From contig JBBQSO010000004.1 in assembly GCA_038213805.1 (NCBI GenBank), forward strand, positions 32,001 to 96,000: DNA of 64,000 nt, written 5' to 3'. Under the pieces are notes generated by a model. It had not been told where the DNA came from and searched no databases. It was given only the letters and a program-made list of their open reading frames with translations. This DNA is from Planctomycetota bacterium (GTDB taxonomy: Bacteria > Planctomycetota > UBA11346). Made by a program: the position numbers and the translations under genes. Positions 31,033 to 39,892 of the stretch are shown here, in pieces (position 1 is the stretch's first letter; the number at the start of each line of letters is the position of its first letter).

Positions 31033-31610
31033 ATGGTGCGGCTGGCCTTGAGCGCCGGGTGCGACACCAACAGGTGCCAGATCACCCCTTGGAAGGCTTC
31101 GGCATGCGGGGTGATGTGCTCGGAGTTGAGGGTGGGGATGATGATCGCGGCGTCGGCGACGGTGGCGGTGAAGCCGCCGTCCCGGCCGACGATGCCAAGG
31201 ATGGTGGCCTTGACCTCCCGGGCATGCTGCACTGCAGCGACCAGATTCGGACTGATGTTTCTCGCCACGTCTCCGCCGCCGACCGAGAGCACCAGGATGC
31301 CGTCCTGGGCGTTCAGCCGGCTGACCTTGAGCCAGCCGACGAACACCGAGGCCCAGCCGTCGTCGTTGGTGCGCGCAGTCAGCTCCGACACGTTGTCGGT
31401 GGGCGCATAGGCCTCGAGCCCGGCGATCTTGCGGAAGTCGTTGACCGCGTGCGAGGCGTTGCCGGCGCTGCCGCCCACGCCCAGGATGAACAGACGACCG
31501 CCGCGGGCACGGATCGCGGCGAGGAGCAACGCGGCGCGCTCGATCACCGCCACGTCGAGCGCGGCGATGATCTGGGTCGCCTCGGCGAGGAAACGCGCGG
31601 CGAAGGTCAT
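31014..31610 (-). CDS. SIS-domain phosphosugar isomerase, GmhA-like
   Basis: GVGGSAGNASH, LTARTNDDG, LSVGGG, SPN, GRDGG. Confidence 0.88.
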   Translation of the reverse strand: MTFAARFLAEATQIIAALDVAVIERAALLLAAIRARGGRLFILGVGGSAGNASHAVNDFRKIAGLEAYAPTDNVSELTARTNDDGWASVFVGWLKVSRLNAQDGILVLSVGGGDVARNISPNLVAAVQHAREVKATILGIVGRDGGFTATVADAAIIIPTLNSEHITPHAEAFQGVIWHLLVSHPALKASRTMWESVP

Positions 31611-32338
31611 GGGTGGCGTCCTGGTGTGCCGGGGGCAGTGGCGAGCATCCGGGTGAGGTCGGCGATGCCAGCGAAGGAGCCGATCTCGTGGAAGCGCTCG
31701 GCGACCTCGAAGCCGGCGAGGTCGTCCGCCGCCAGGCGCTCGCGGTAGAGTGTGGCGAGGTCGGCGGGCTGGCCTTCCGGCAGCGCCGCGAAGGCGCTGC
31801 GCCGGAAGAGCCCGAGTCCGTAATCGATGTGCTGCATCACCGGTGTCTGGACCTGCTTGTCGTAGACGCGGATGCGGCCGGCGGCGAACTCGACATTGCT
31901 GCGGTCGTATTGGCCGTGGTTCCGGTAGACGGTCATCAGTGCGGACTTTTCGCAGGTGCTGAAGGCATCCTGGACCGCGGCGTGGTCGCAGGTCAGGTAG
32001 GAATCGCCGTAGAGCGTGAAGAAGTTTTCGCCGAGCTGCGGCAGCGCGCTCCGGATGGCGCCGGCGGTGCCGAGCAGGGTCGGGCCATCGAAGACGAAGT
32101 CGACGTGGATGCCGAAGGCCGCGCCGTCGCCGACGACGTCGCGGATCTGTTCACCGAGGAAGCCGGCGCAGATCACCACCCGGCGGACGCCCTGGCGGCG
32201 CAGCAACCGCAGCTGATGGGCGATGAAGGGCTCGCCGCCGATGTCGATCAGCGCCTTGGGGATCTTCTCGGTCACCGGCCGCAGCCGGGTGGCGAGGCCC
32301 CCGGCCAGGATGACCACCGGGAATAGCTCGCGGCTCAT
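31607..32338 (-). CDS. Sugar-1-phosphate nucleotidyltransferase, HddC-like
   Basis: ILAGGLATRL, PKAL, LGTAGA, YGDSY, EIGS. Confidence 0.9.
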   Translation of the reverse strand: MSRELFPVVILAGGLATRLRPVTEKIPKALIDIGGEPFIAHQLRLLRRQGVRRVVICAGFLGEQIRDVVGDGAAFGIHVDFVFDGPTLLGTAGAIRSALPQLGENFFTLYGDSYLTCDHAAVQDAFSTCEKSALMTVYRNHGQYDRSNVEFAAGRIRVYDKQVQTPVMQHIDYGLGLFRRSAFAALPEGQPADLATLYRERLAADDLAGFEVAERFHEIGSFAGIADLTRMLATAPGTPGRHP

Positions 32339-33318
32339 GCGTGCACCAGCACCTTGGTGCCCTCGAAATCGAAGCGGAAGCGGACCTCGACCAAGCCGGC
32401 CTCGCGCATCGCCTTGCGCAGCGACGCCTTGTCTTCCGCGTAGAACATCAGGAAGCCGCCGCCGCCCGCGCCGATCAGCTTGCCGCCCAGGGCGCCGTGG
32501 GTGCGGGCGAGCGCGTACCAGTCGTCGATGCGGTCATTCGACATCCTGCCGCTGCGCTGCTTCTTGGTCTCCCAGTGCACGTTCATCAGCTCGGCGAAGC
32601 GGTGCAGGTTGCCCTGCTCCAGCGCGGCTTTGCTGTCCAGGCCGAGTTGCTTCACGTTGTGCAGGTTTGCGGTCATCTCCGTATCGCCGTGCGCGCTCTT
32701 GTCGTCCTGCTCCTTGAGCACCGCCGAAGCGGAGCGCGAATAGCCGGTGAAGAACAGTAGCAGATTGTCCTCGAGCTGGTGCAGAGTGTCGGCGCCGACC
32801 GCCAGCGGTGCCGCCTCGACCGTGCCGTCCGGATGGAAGTGGAAGCAGGTCAGCCCACCGTAGGCAGCGATGTACTGGTCCTGTTTGCCGATCGGTTCCT
32901 TCAGCAGGTCCATCTCGATGTGGCAGGCCTGCTCGGCGAGGTCGCGCGGGTGGATGAAGTCCTTCTTCAGGCTGTGCAGGCCCTTGAGCAGCGCGGTGGT
33001 GAAGCTGCCCGACGATCCCAGCCCAGTGCCGGCGGGGATGTCCGCCATGCTCGAGATCTCAAGGTAGTGGCCGTTGATGCCGGTCAGACGCATCGCCTCG
33101 CGGATGATCGGGTGCTGCAGCTCGGCGGCAGACGCCACGCGCTCCATCTTCGAGTACTTGACGATCAGGTCCGGGACGAAGGTCTGGTGGAAGGTGATGT
33201 AGACGTACTTGTCGATCGCGCCGGCGATCAGGAAGCCGCCGTGATCGCGGTAATACGACGGCAGGTCGGTGCCGCCGCCGCCAAGGGAGATGCGCAGTGG
33301 GCTGCGGGTGATGATCAT
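32335..33318 (-). CDS. GHMP-family sugar-phosphate kinase, HddA-like
   Basis: PLRISLGGGGTD, PAGTGLGSS, GKQDQY, GAGGGGF. Confidence 0.92.
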   Translation of the reverse strand: MIITRSPLRISLGGGGTDLPSYYRDHGGFLIAGAIDKYVYITFHQTFVPDLIVKYSKMERVASAAELQHPIIREAMRLTGINGHYLEISSMADIPAGTGLGSSGSFTTALLKGLHSLKKDFIHPRDLAEQACHIEMDLLKEPIGKQDQYIAAYGGLTCFHFHPDGTVEAAPLAVGADTLHQLEDNLLLFFTGYSRSASAVLKEQDDKSAHGDTEMTANLHNVKQLGLDSKAALEQGNLHRFAELMNVHWETKKQRSGRMSNDRIDDWYALARTHGALGGKLIGAGGGGFLMFYAEDKASLRKAMREAGLVEVRFRFDFEGTKVLVHA

Positions 33319-34310
33319 CGCGAGAGCTCGTAGATGCGTGCGACGATGGTGAGGGCCGCCTGGGCGTCGCGCAGGCCAGGGCGGGGCTCGCGGCCGAGGC
33401 GGATGTCGTCGAGGAAGTCCGCGAACTCGAGCGCCCACGAACGGTCGCCGCGCGGATATTCCCAGGCCTGGGTGTCGGGTGGCCCCATCTCGGGCAGCAT
33501 GCGGTACCAGGTCAGGCGCTCGACGCCGTAGCTGCCGCCCAGGCCTGTGATGTCGAGCTTGCCGGTGCGGCCGTAGAGTTCGAACGAGAACAGGTTCTTC
33601 CACTCGCTGCAGCTGGCGTGCAGGGATGCGGTCTGGCCGCGCGCGGTGCGCAGCAGCAGGAAGGCATTGTCGTCGACGGGCATGTCCCAGTAGCAGGTCT
33701 GGGCGTGGCCCTGCACCGAGGTGAACTCCTCGCCGAGCAGCAGGCGCGCGAGGTCGATGAGATGCACGCCCTGGTCGATGAGTTCGCCGCCGCCGGACAG
33801 CGCGGGATCGGCGCGCCATTCCTTCTCGTAGCCGAGGCGGCCGCCGTGGCCATAGCGGGCGCGGCAGAACATCAGTTCGCCGAGCGCGCCGGCAGCGACG
33901 AGTTCCTGGGCCTTGAGCAGCGCCGGGTGGTAGCGGTGGTTGAAGCCCACGCGTACGCGCGCACCGGTGCGCGCGGCGGCCGCGATCACCGGGTCGAGTT
34001 CGGCGGCGCGGCGCGCGCCCGGTTTCTCGATCAGGACGTGCAGCCCGCGCTCGGCGGCGGCGAGCGCGACCACCGGCAGCTGGTCATGGGTGGTCGAGAC
34101 CAGGGCGATGCCGACCCCGGGCCGCGCGATGGCGGCGCGCCAGTCGGTGTGTGTGGTCGCGCCCGGTGCGGTAGCGGCCAGCGCGATGGCGCGCTCGACA
34201 ACCGTGTCGGCGCAGGCGATCAGCTGGCCCGGCGCCAGCAGCTTCGCGCGCTTGGCGCCGATCATTCCACAGCCGACTATGGCGACGCCCAGGTGGTTCG
34301 GATCAGGCAT
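33315..34310 (-). CDS. Gfo/Idh/MocA oxidoreductase
   Basis: IVGCGMIG, HVLIEKP, GFNHRY, GGGELIDQGVHLID. Confidence 0.9.
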   Translation of the reverse strand: MPDPNHLGVAIVGCGMIGAKRAKLLAPGQLIACADTVVERAIALAATAPGATTHTDWRAAIARPGVGIALVSTTHDQLPVVALAAAERGLHVLIEKPGARRAAELDPVIAAAARTGARVRVGFNHRYHPALLKAQELVAAGALGELMFCRARYGHGGRLGYEKEWRADPALSGGGELIDQGVHLIDLARLLLGEEFTSVQGHAQTCYWDMPVDDNAFLLLRTARGQTASLHASCSEWKNLFSFELYGRTGKLDITGLGGSYGVERLTWYRMLPEMGPPDTQAWEYPRGDRSWALEFADFLDDIRLGREPRPGLRDAQAALTIVARIYELSR

Positions 34311-35178
34311 CCCAGTCCTTCCCACGGTCCTTGGCGACGATGCGCCGCAAGGTGTAGATGTCGCTACCGGCCAATTCGCCGGCGCGCTCCGGCAGGCGCT
34401 GCCAGTGGTCCCACACCGCGCTCAGCAGGCGGCCGGTGATGCCGTCGCTGGCCGCGCTGGCGAGGAACTCGGCGAGCTCCGCGCCCTTCTCGGGCGGCGT
34501 GCCGCCGGCGGCCTGCTGCTTGCGGGCACGCTCGTGGAAGCCAGCGCTGACCTTGGCCGGGCCGGCGGCGAGCACCTCGTCGAGCATGCGGGTGTTGAGT
34601 GCGCCCGGGGCGATGGCGTTGACGTCGACGCGCGCCGCCTTGAGTTCCTCGGCGAGGGTCTCGGTGAGTCGCACCACCGCCGCCTTGGAGGCGGCATAGG
34701 CGCTGATGAAGGGCAGCGGCGCGGTCGCCCCGCCGCCCGAGAGGTTGATGATCTTGCCGTAGCCGGCGGTGCGCAGCAGCGGGATCGCCGCCTGGCACAT
34801 CGACATCACGCCGAAGAGGTTGATGGCGACCGCTTCGCGCCAGGCCGCGCCGTCGACCTCCTCCAGCGCGCCCATCGGGCCGTAGACGCCGGCGTTGTTG
34901 ACCAGCGCGGTGAGCCTGCCGAATTCGCGCTGCGCGCGCGCCACCGCGGCGCGGCACTGCGCATCGACGGCGACGTCGCAGGGCATCGCCACGACGCGCT
35001 GGCCGGGGGCGGTGGCACTCGCCGTGAGCCGCTGCGCGACCTCGTGCAGCAAGGCCTCGCCGCGCGCGACGATGAGCACGCTGGCGCCGGCCGCGACGAA
35101 GCGTTCGGCGATGGCGCGACCGAGGCCCTGGTTGGCGCCGGTGATGAGGGCGGTGCGTCCGCTGAGCGGCAGGTTCAT
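34303..35178 (-). CDS. Short-chain dehydrogenase/reductase
   Basis: TGANQGLG, NNAG, YAASK, VNAIAPG. Confidence 0.92.
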   Translation of the reverse strand: MNLPLSGRTALITGANQGLGRAIAERFVAAGASVLIVARGEALLHEVAQRLTASATAPGQRVVAMPCDVAVDAQCRAAVARAQREFGRLTALVNNAGVYGPMGALEEVDGAAWREAVAINLFGVMSMCQAAIPLLRTAGYGKIINLSGGGATAPLPFISAYAASKAAVVRLTETLAEELKAARVDVNAIAPGALNTRMLDEVLAAGPAKVSAGFHERARKQQAAGGTPPEKGAELAEFLASAASDGITGRLLSAVWDHWQRLPERAGELAGSDIYTLRRIVAKDRGKDWDA

Positions 35179-36533
35179 GGTGCGGTGGCCGAGGCGGGAT
35201 GGGCGGGCGGCTGGCCGGTGGCGGCAGGCCGTCCGGTGGCGACGTAGAGGATGCCCGGCGCGCTGGCCAGGCCGGCGGCGAGGAACCAGTTGGGATCGAT
35301 GACGCGCGCGTGGCGCATGCCCGCGCTGAAGTCGCCGGCGGCGAGGCGCCGGAAGTCCGGCCACTCGGTCGCGACCACCGCGGCGTGCGCCCCGGCGAGC
35401 GCGCCGGCGGCGCTGGCGTGCAGGCGGATGACGCCGACCAGTTCCGCGGGCAGAGCCGGCACCGCGGGATCGTGGGCCTGGACCGTGATACCGCGCGCGT
35501 GCATCCAGCGGCACAGCTCCACCGCCGCCGAGCGGCGCAGGGTGTCGGTGCCGGGCTTGTAGGTCAGGCCGAGGACCGCGACCACCGGGCGCTCCACCCC
35601 GGTGGTGAGCAGTGCGACCTTGTCGCGCAGCCAGGCCTTGTGCAGGTCGTTGCTGGCGAGCACGCCGTCGACCAGCGGGGTGCCCAGTCCATGGTCCCGA
35701 CCAAAGGCCTGCAGGAAGCGCAGGTCGCGCGCCAGGGTGCCGCCGGCGAAGGCGCTGCCGGGCGACAGGTAGGCCTTCTCGCCGATGCGGCCTTCGCTCT
35801 TCAGGCCGCGTTCGACCTCGCGCGCATCCGCGCCAACCGCCTCGCAGATGCGCGCGAGTTCATTGGCGAAGGTCACCGACAGGCCGAGGAAGGCGTTGAT
35901 CGCGTGCTTGGTCATCTCCGCGGATTCGAGCGACATCCACTCGATGCGCGTGCTGAACGGCGTCATCAGGTCCGCCAGGATCGGGCGCGCTGTTTCGTTG
36001 TCGGTGCCCAGCACGATGCGCTCCGGGGCATTGAAGCAGGCGATGGCCTTGCCCAGGCGCAGGTTCTCGGGCGAATAGGCGACCTGGAGGCCCAGTCCCG
36101 CCCAGTCCCGGGCCAGCGCGCGCGTGAAGCCGACGGGTACCTGCGAGGTGATCAGCACCACCGTGCCTGGGCGCAGGTGCGGGCGCAGTGTTTCGAGTCG
36201 GGCGCGCACGAAGGGCACGTCGGCCTCATCGCGCTCGTCGACCGGGGTGTCGCAGGCCACCACCAGCACGGCCGCCTTGGCGAGCGCGGCGGCGGGGTCC
36301 GTGGTGAAGGCGATGCGGCCCGCCGCGAGGCTGTCCGCCAGGCTCTGGTCCAGCCCGGGCTCGGCGATCGGCGCCCGGCCGGCGGCGAGATCCGCCACGG
36401 TCGCGCCCTCGGGATCGAGGCCGACCACCTGGTGGCCGGCGGCGGCGAGGCAGGCGGCGGTGACGCAGCCGAGGTGCCAGAGGCCGAAGACCGTGACCTG
36501 CCGGGGCATGGCGGCGACGGGTGCCGTGCTCAT
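35175..36533 (-). CDS. UDP-glucose/GDP-mannose dehydrogenase-family protein lacking the catalytic Cys
   Basis: GLWHLG, CDTP, SPENLR, AEMTKHAINAFL, LGLTYKPGTD; PGSAFAGGTLARD where the family has PGxGFGGSCLPKD. Confidence 0.85.
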   Translation of the reverse strand: MSTAPVAAMPRQVTVFGLWHLGCVTAACLAAAGHQVVGLDPEGATVADLAAGRAPIAEPGLDQSLADSLAAGRIAFTTDPAAALAKAAVLVVACDTPVDERDEADVPFVRARLETLRPHLRPGTVVLITSQVPVGFTRALARDWAGLGLQVAYSPENLRLGKAIACFNAPERIVLGTDNETARPILADLMTPFSTRIEWMSLESAEMTKHAINAFLGLSVTFANELARICEAVGADAREVERGLKSEGRIGEKAYLSPGSAFAGGTLARDLRFLQAFGRDHGLGTPLVDGVLASNDLHKAWLRDKVALLTTGVERPVVAVLGLTYKPGTDTLRRSAAVELCRWMHARGITVQAHDPAVPALPAELVGVIRLHASAAGALAGAHAAVVATEWPDFRRLAAGDFSAGMRHARVIDPNWFLAAGLASAPGILYVATGRPAATGQPPAHPASATAP

Positions 36534-36901
36534 GGCGCGGTTTCCGGACGGCCGAGCGCCATCAGCACCACGCCCACCGCGATCACCGCCATTCCTGCGA
36601 TCAGCATGGGATTGAGGCGTTCGCCGAGCAGCAGTGTGCCGATCACGGCCGAGATGACGAAGTGCAGCGACATCGCGAAGGGCACCAGGAAGATCAGGCG
36701 TTCGCGCCCGACCAGCACGATGAGCACCAGGAAGGACAGCCCGTACAGACCGACGCCGAGCCAGAAGAACGGCTCTGTAAGCAGTTCCCGGGCGCGGTCG
36801 AGTGACGCCGCCGGCGCGGCGCGCTTGAGGAAGTACATCCCGGTGTTGGCGAGCAGCGCCTGGACCACGACCAGGATGCCGGACAGCGCGAGCCCGCTCA
36901 T
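36530..36901 (-). CDS. Small four-helix SMR/EamA-like membrane protein (ArnE/F-like flippase candidate)
   Basis: 123 aa, four hydrophobic segments, LLGERL...G...I..GV ending. Confidence 0.72.
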   Translation of the reverse strand: MSGLALSGILVVVQALLANTGMYFLKRAAPAASLDRARELLTEPFFWLGVGLYGLSFLVLIVLVGRERLIFLVPFAMSLHFVISAVIGTLLLGERLNPMLIAGMAVIAVGVVLMALGRPETAP

Positions 36902-37854
36902 GCGCGTGCCGCGAGAACCCAGTCCTCGCGCTGGAGGTAGGCGACGGTGCGCTCGACGGCCGCGCGGATGGTCAGCTTTGGCTGCCAGCCGAGCGCGCGG
37001 ATGCGCGTGGTGTCGAGGAAGATGAAGGGGTTGTCGCCGATCCAGCCGCGGTCACCGCCGCAGTAGTCGAGACGGGGTTTCACGCCCAAGGCGTCGCAGA
37101 TCCAACCAATCGAGTCGTTCACCTGGCAGTAGTGGTCGGTGCCGAGGTTGAAGAGGTTGACCTTGCCGTCGGCCTTGGCCATGGCGAAGAGCATCGCGTC
37201 GAGGCAGTCGCCGATGTAGAGGTAGCTTTTGCGCTGGCGGCCGTCACCCAGCACCGGCAGGCGCGTGGGGTCCTGCCCGAGCTTCTTCATGAAGTCGAAG
37301 ATGTGGCCGTGGGTGTAGCGTTCGCCGAGGATCGAGACGAAGCGGAAGATCCAGCTCTGGAAGCCGAAGCCCTCGCAGTAGGCGGCGATCAGGCCCTCGC
37401 CGGCGAGCTTCGAGGCGCCATAGAGCGACGTCTGCACCGGGAACGGTCCGTCCTCGGGCGTGGGGATGACCGTGGCTTCGCCATAGACCGACCCGGTCGA
37501 CGAGAAGGCGATCTTGCGCACCCCGCCCGCCCGCATCGCCTCAAGCACGTTCCAGGTGGCGATGGTGTTCTGCTCGAGGTCGCGGCGCGGGTGGTCGGTG
37601 CCGAAGCGCACGTCGGCGTTGGCCGCGAGGTGCATGACCGCGTCGCAGCCGGCGACCGCGGCGTCAAGGGCCGGGCGGTCAAGCAGATCCCCGCGCACCA
37701 GCCGGAATCGGGGATCGGCGAGCGCACCGGCGAGGAAGCGCTCCTGCCCGGTCGAGAAGTTGTCGTAGCCCACGACCTCGTGCCCGTCCGCCAGCAGGCG
37801 GTCGGTGAGCGAAGAGCCGATGAAGCCGGCCGCGCCGGTGATCAGGTAGCGCAT
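36898..37854 (-). CDS. NAD-dependent nucleotide-sugar epimerase
   Basis: TGAAGFIGS, HLAA, SSTGSVYG, YGASK. Confidence 0.9.
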   Translation of the reverse strand: MRYLITGAAGFIGSSLTDRLLADGHEVVGYDNFSTGQERFLAGALADPRFRLVRGDLLDRPALDAAVAGCDAVMHLAANADVRFGTDHPRRDLEQNTIATWNVLEAMRAGGVRKIAFSSTGSVYGEATVIPTPEDGPFPVQTSLYGASKLAGEGLIAAYCEGFGFQSWIFRFVSILGERYTHGHIFDFMKKLGQDPTRLPVLGDGRQRKSYLYIGDCLDAMLFAMAKADGKVNLFNLGTDHYCQVNDSIGWICDALGVKPRLDYCGGDRGWIGDNPFIFLDTTRIRALGWQPKLTIRAAVERTVAYLQREDWVLAARA

Positions 37855-38840
37855 GCGGCTTCCGGGGTGCGGGCGGCAGGCGCCAGGGGCGGGTGCTGGG
37901 GGAAGCCGAGGGCCTCTTCGACGATGAACAGCGGGCGCTGCTTGGTCTCGTCGTAGATGCGGCCGATGTACGCGCCAAGCACGCCCATGCCGATGAGCTG
38001 CATGCCGCCCATGAACAGCACCAGGATCATCAGGCTGGGCACGCCCGAGGCGAACTGCCAGTTCGTGCCGAGCTTCATGTAGGCGATCACCAGCGCGCTG
38101 ACCATCGCCAGGGCGGCGCAGGCCAAGCCGACCTTGATCATGAAGTTGAGCAGGTAATCGGAAAAACAGATAATGCCGTTGAAACCGATGCGCAGCGAAC
38201 CGGTGATGCGGTTGTACTTGCCCTCGCCGCCGGCGCGCGCCTCGCGGTCGAAGGGCAGCAGCACGGTTTTGAAGCCGACCACCGCGACCAGCCCGCGCAA
38301 GAAGCCGTGGCCTTCCTTGAGCTTCTTCAGCTCGTCGACCACCGCGCGGTCCATCAGGCGGAAATCGCCGGTGTTGCGCGGGATGCGCACGTTGCTGATC
38401 TTGTTGATGAACCAGTAGCCGAGGTACGAGATCAACCGCTTGAGCGGATGCTCGCCATCGCGCGAACGACGCTGCGGCACCACCACCTTCCAGCCGCTGC
38501 GCCACTGGCGCACCATCTCGCCGATCAGCGCCGGTGGATCCTGCAGGTCGCAGTCGATGATCACCACCGCAGCGCCCGCGGCGTGGTGGATGCCGCCCAT
38601 GGTCGCCGCGGGCTGGCCGAAGCGCCTGGAGAACGCCAGCAGCTTGATGCGCGGGTCGGCGGCGTGCGCCTCGCCGATCAGCGCCAGGGTGCGGTCACGG
38701 CAGGGGTCGGCGCAGAAGATGATCTCGTAGTCCTCCGTCACCTCCGCCAGCGCGGCGCGCATCGCGGTCATGAACGTGGGCAGGGTCTGCTCCTCGTTGT
38801 ATACCGGGACCACGATTGAGAGCAGGGGGATGGCGGTCAC
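37842..38840 (-). CDS. GT2 polyprenyl-phosphate glycosyltransferase (GtrB/ArnC-like)
   Basis: VVPVYNEE, FSRRFGQ, DCDLQDPP, GDFRLMDR, two C-terminal TM helices, YIGRIY.E.KQRP. Confidence 0.9.
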   Translation of the reverse strand: MTAIPLLSIVVPVYNEEQTLPTFMTAMRAALAEVTEDYEIIFCADPCRDRTLALIGEAHAADPRIKLLAFSRRFGQPAATMGGIHHAAGAAVVIIDCDLQDPPALIGEMVRQWRSGWKVVVPQRRSRDGEHPLKRLISYLGYWFINKISNVRIPRNTGDFRLMDRAVVDELKKLKEGHGFLRGLVAVVGFKTVLLPFDREARAGGEGKYNRITGSLRIGFNGIICFSDYLLNFMIKVGLACAALAMVSALVIAYMKLGTNWQFASGVPSLMILVLFMGGMQLIGMGVLGAYIGRIYDETKQRPLFIVEEALGFPQHPPLAPAARTPEAACAT

Positions 38841-39565
38841 GGAATCCCCGGCTTCGGCTGCAGGGTGAGCCCGATGACCAGGTTGGCCGTGACCACGGGC
38901 ACCTTCAGGGGGAAGAAGCTGCGGTGGCGGATGATGAAGCGCTGTTCGAGCTCGCCGATGATCTCATGCGGCCGGTTGATGTGCTCCACCGCGACGAACC
39001 AGTCGTAGCTCTGCCCATAGCGTTTCTCGAACATCGGCCGCGCGGAGAAGTTTCGCGCCAGGGTGTAGGCCAGGCCGCCTTCGCACGGGATGACCACCGA
39101 GAAGCGGCCATCGGGCTTGAGCAGGCGGTGGACCTCGGCGATGGCGCGCGGCAGGTCGGGCAGGTGCTCAAGCACGTGGATGGCGAGCACGCGGTCGAAG
39201 AACCCGTCCGCGAAGTCGAGGCGCTGCTGGCAGTCGCCGACCGCGGCCCGCACGCCTGGGTGCTGGTGGACAAGGATTTCGGCCAGCTCGGCGCGCAATT
39301 CGTTGACGTAGTATTCCTGGTCGGCGAGGTTCTCGTGGGCGAGGTGTGCGCCGATGCCGGCACCGATCTCCAGGGTCCGGCCACCGCTGACCCGTGAACG
39401 CAGCGGATAGCCATGATTGAAGCGCTCGATCATCCCGTACTTGGTGGGCAGGGTCCTCAACCATTCGCGCATGAAGTCGTCGCGGATGCGCTGCTGCTCA
39501 GCGGTCAGGCTGGGCAGGCGCTTCGGCCATTTGCCGGCGCCATGGCGTGGGGGCGCATCGATCAT
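38837..39565 (-). CDS. Class I SAM-dependent methyltransferase
   Basis: LEIGAGIG, FDRVLAIHVLEHL, LLKPDG. Confidence 0.88.
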   Translation of the reverse strand: MIDAPPRHGAGKWPKRLPSLTAEQQRIRDDFMREWLRTLPTKYGMIERFNHGYPLRSRVSGGRTLEIGAGIGAHLAHENLADQEYYVNELRAELAEILVHQHPGVRAAVGDCQQRLDFADGFFDRVLAIHVLEHLPDLPRAIAEVHRLLKPDGRFSVVIPCEGGLAYTLARNFSARPMFEKRYGQSYDWFVAVEHINRPHEIIGELEQRFIIRHRSFFPLKVPVVTANLVIGLTLQPKPGIP

Positions 39566-39892
39566 TCCAGCACCGTCCTCACAACTCGCTCCGTTGGTGC
39601 CCCGCGGACGGGGGAACCGAAGGCAGTATGGCCAGGACACGGGTTGCGACCATCATGGCACTGATCTGGTCCGGTTGGCGATAGGGGCGGGCAAATGGTC
39701 ACTCGGCGGGTGTCAGTTAAGCCCGAGTCCGATGAATTCAAAGGCAATATGCCAGTCTGCGTGGCTTGATGGCACAAGGCGAGCGGCCCCTGCATGGTTG
39801 GACTTGGACCGACGGCTCAGAGTGGGAGGAAGGCTTGGCCGGTGTTGGCGCTGGGCAATGCGCCTCCCGCGAGCGCCATTCCGCGCAGCCGT

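Noticed and set aside
32335..33819. Long N-terminal extensions in the ORF track (also on the SDR, epimerase, rmlC, groES and dnaK ORFs)
   Set aside because: They run through upstream genes in another frame; true starts match family N-termini and, in the operons, stop/start overlaps
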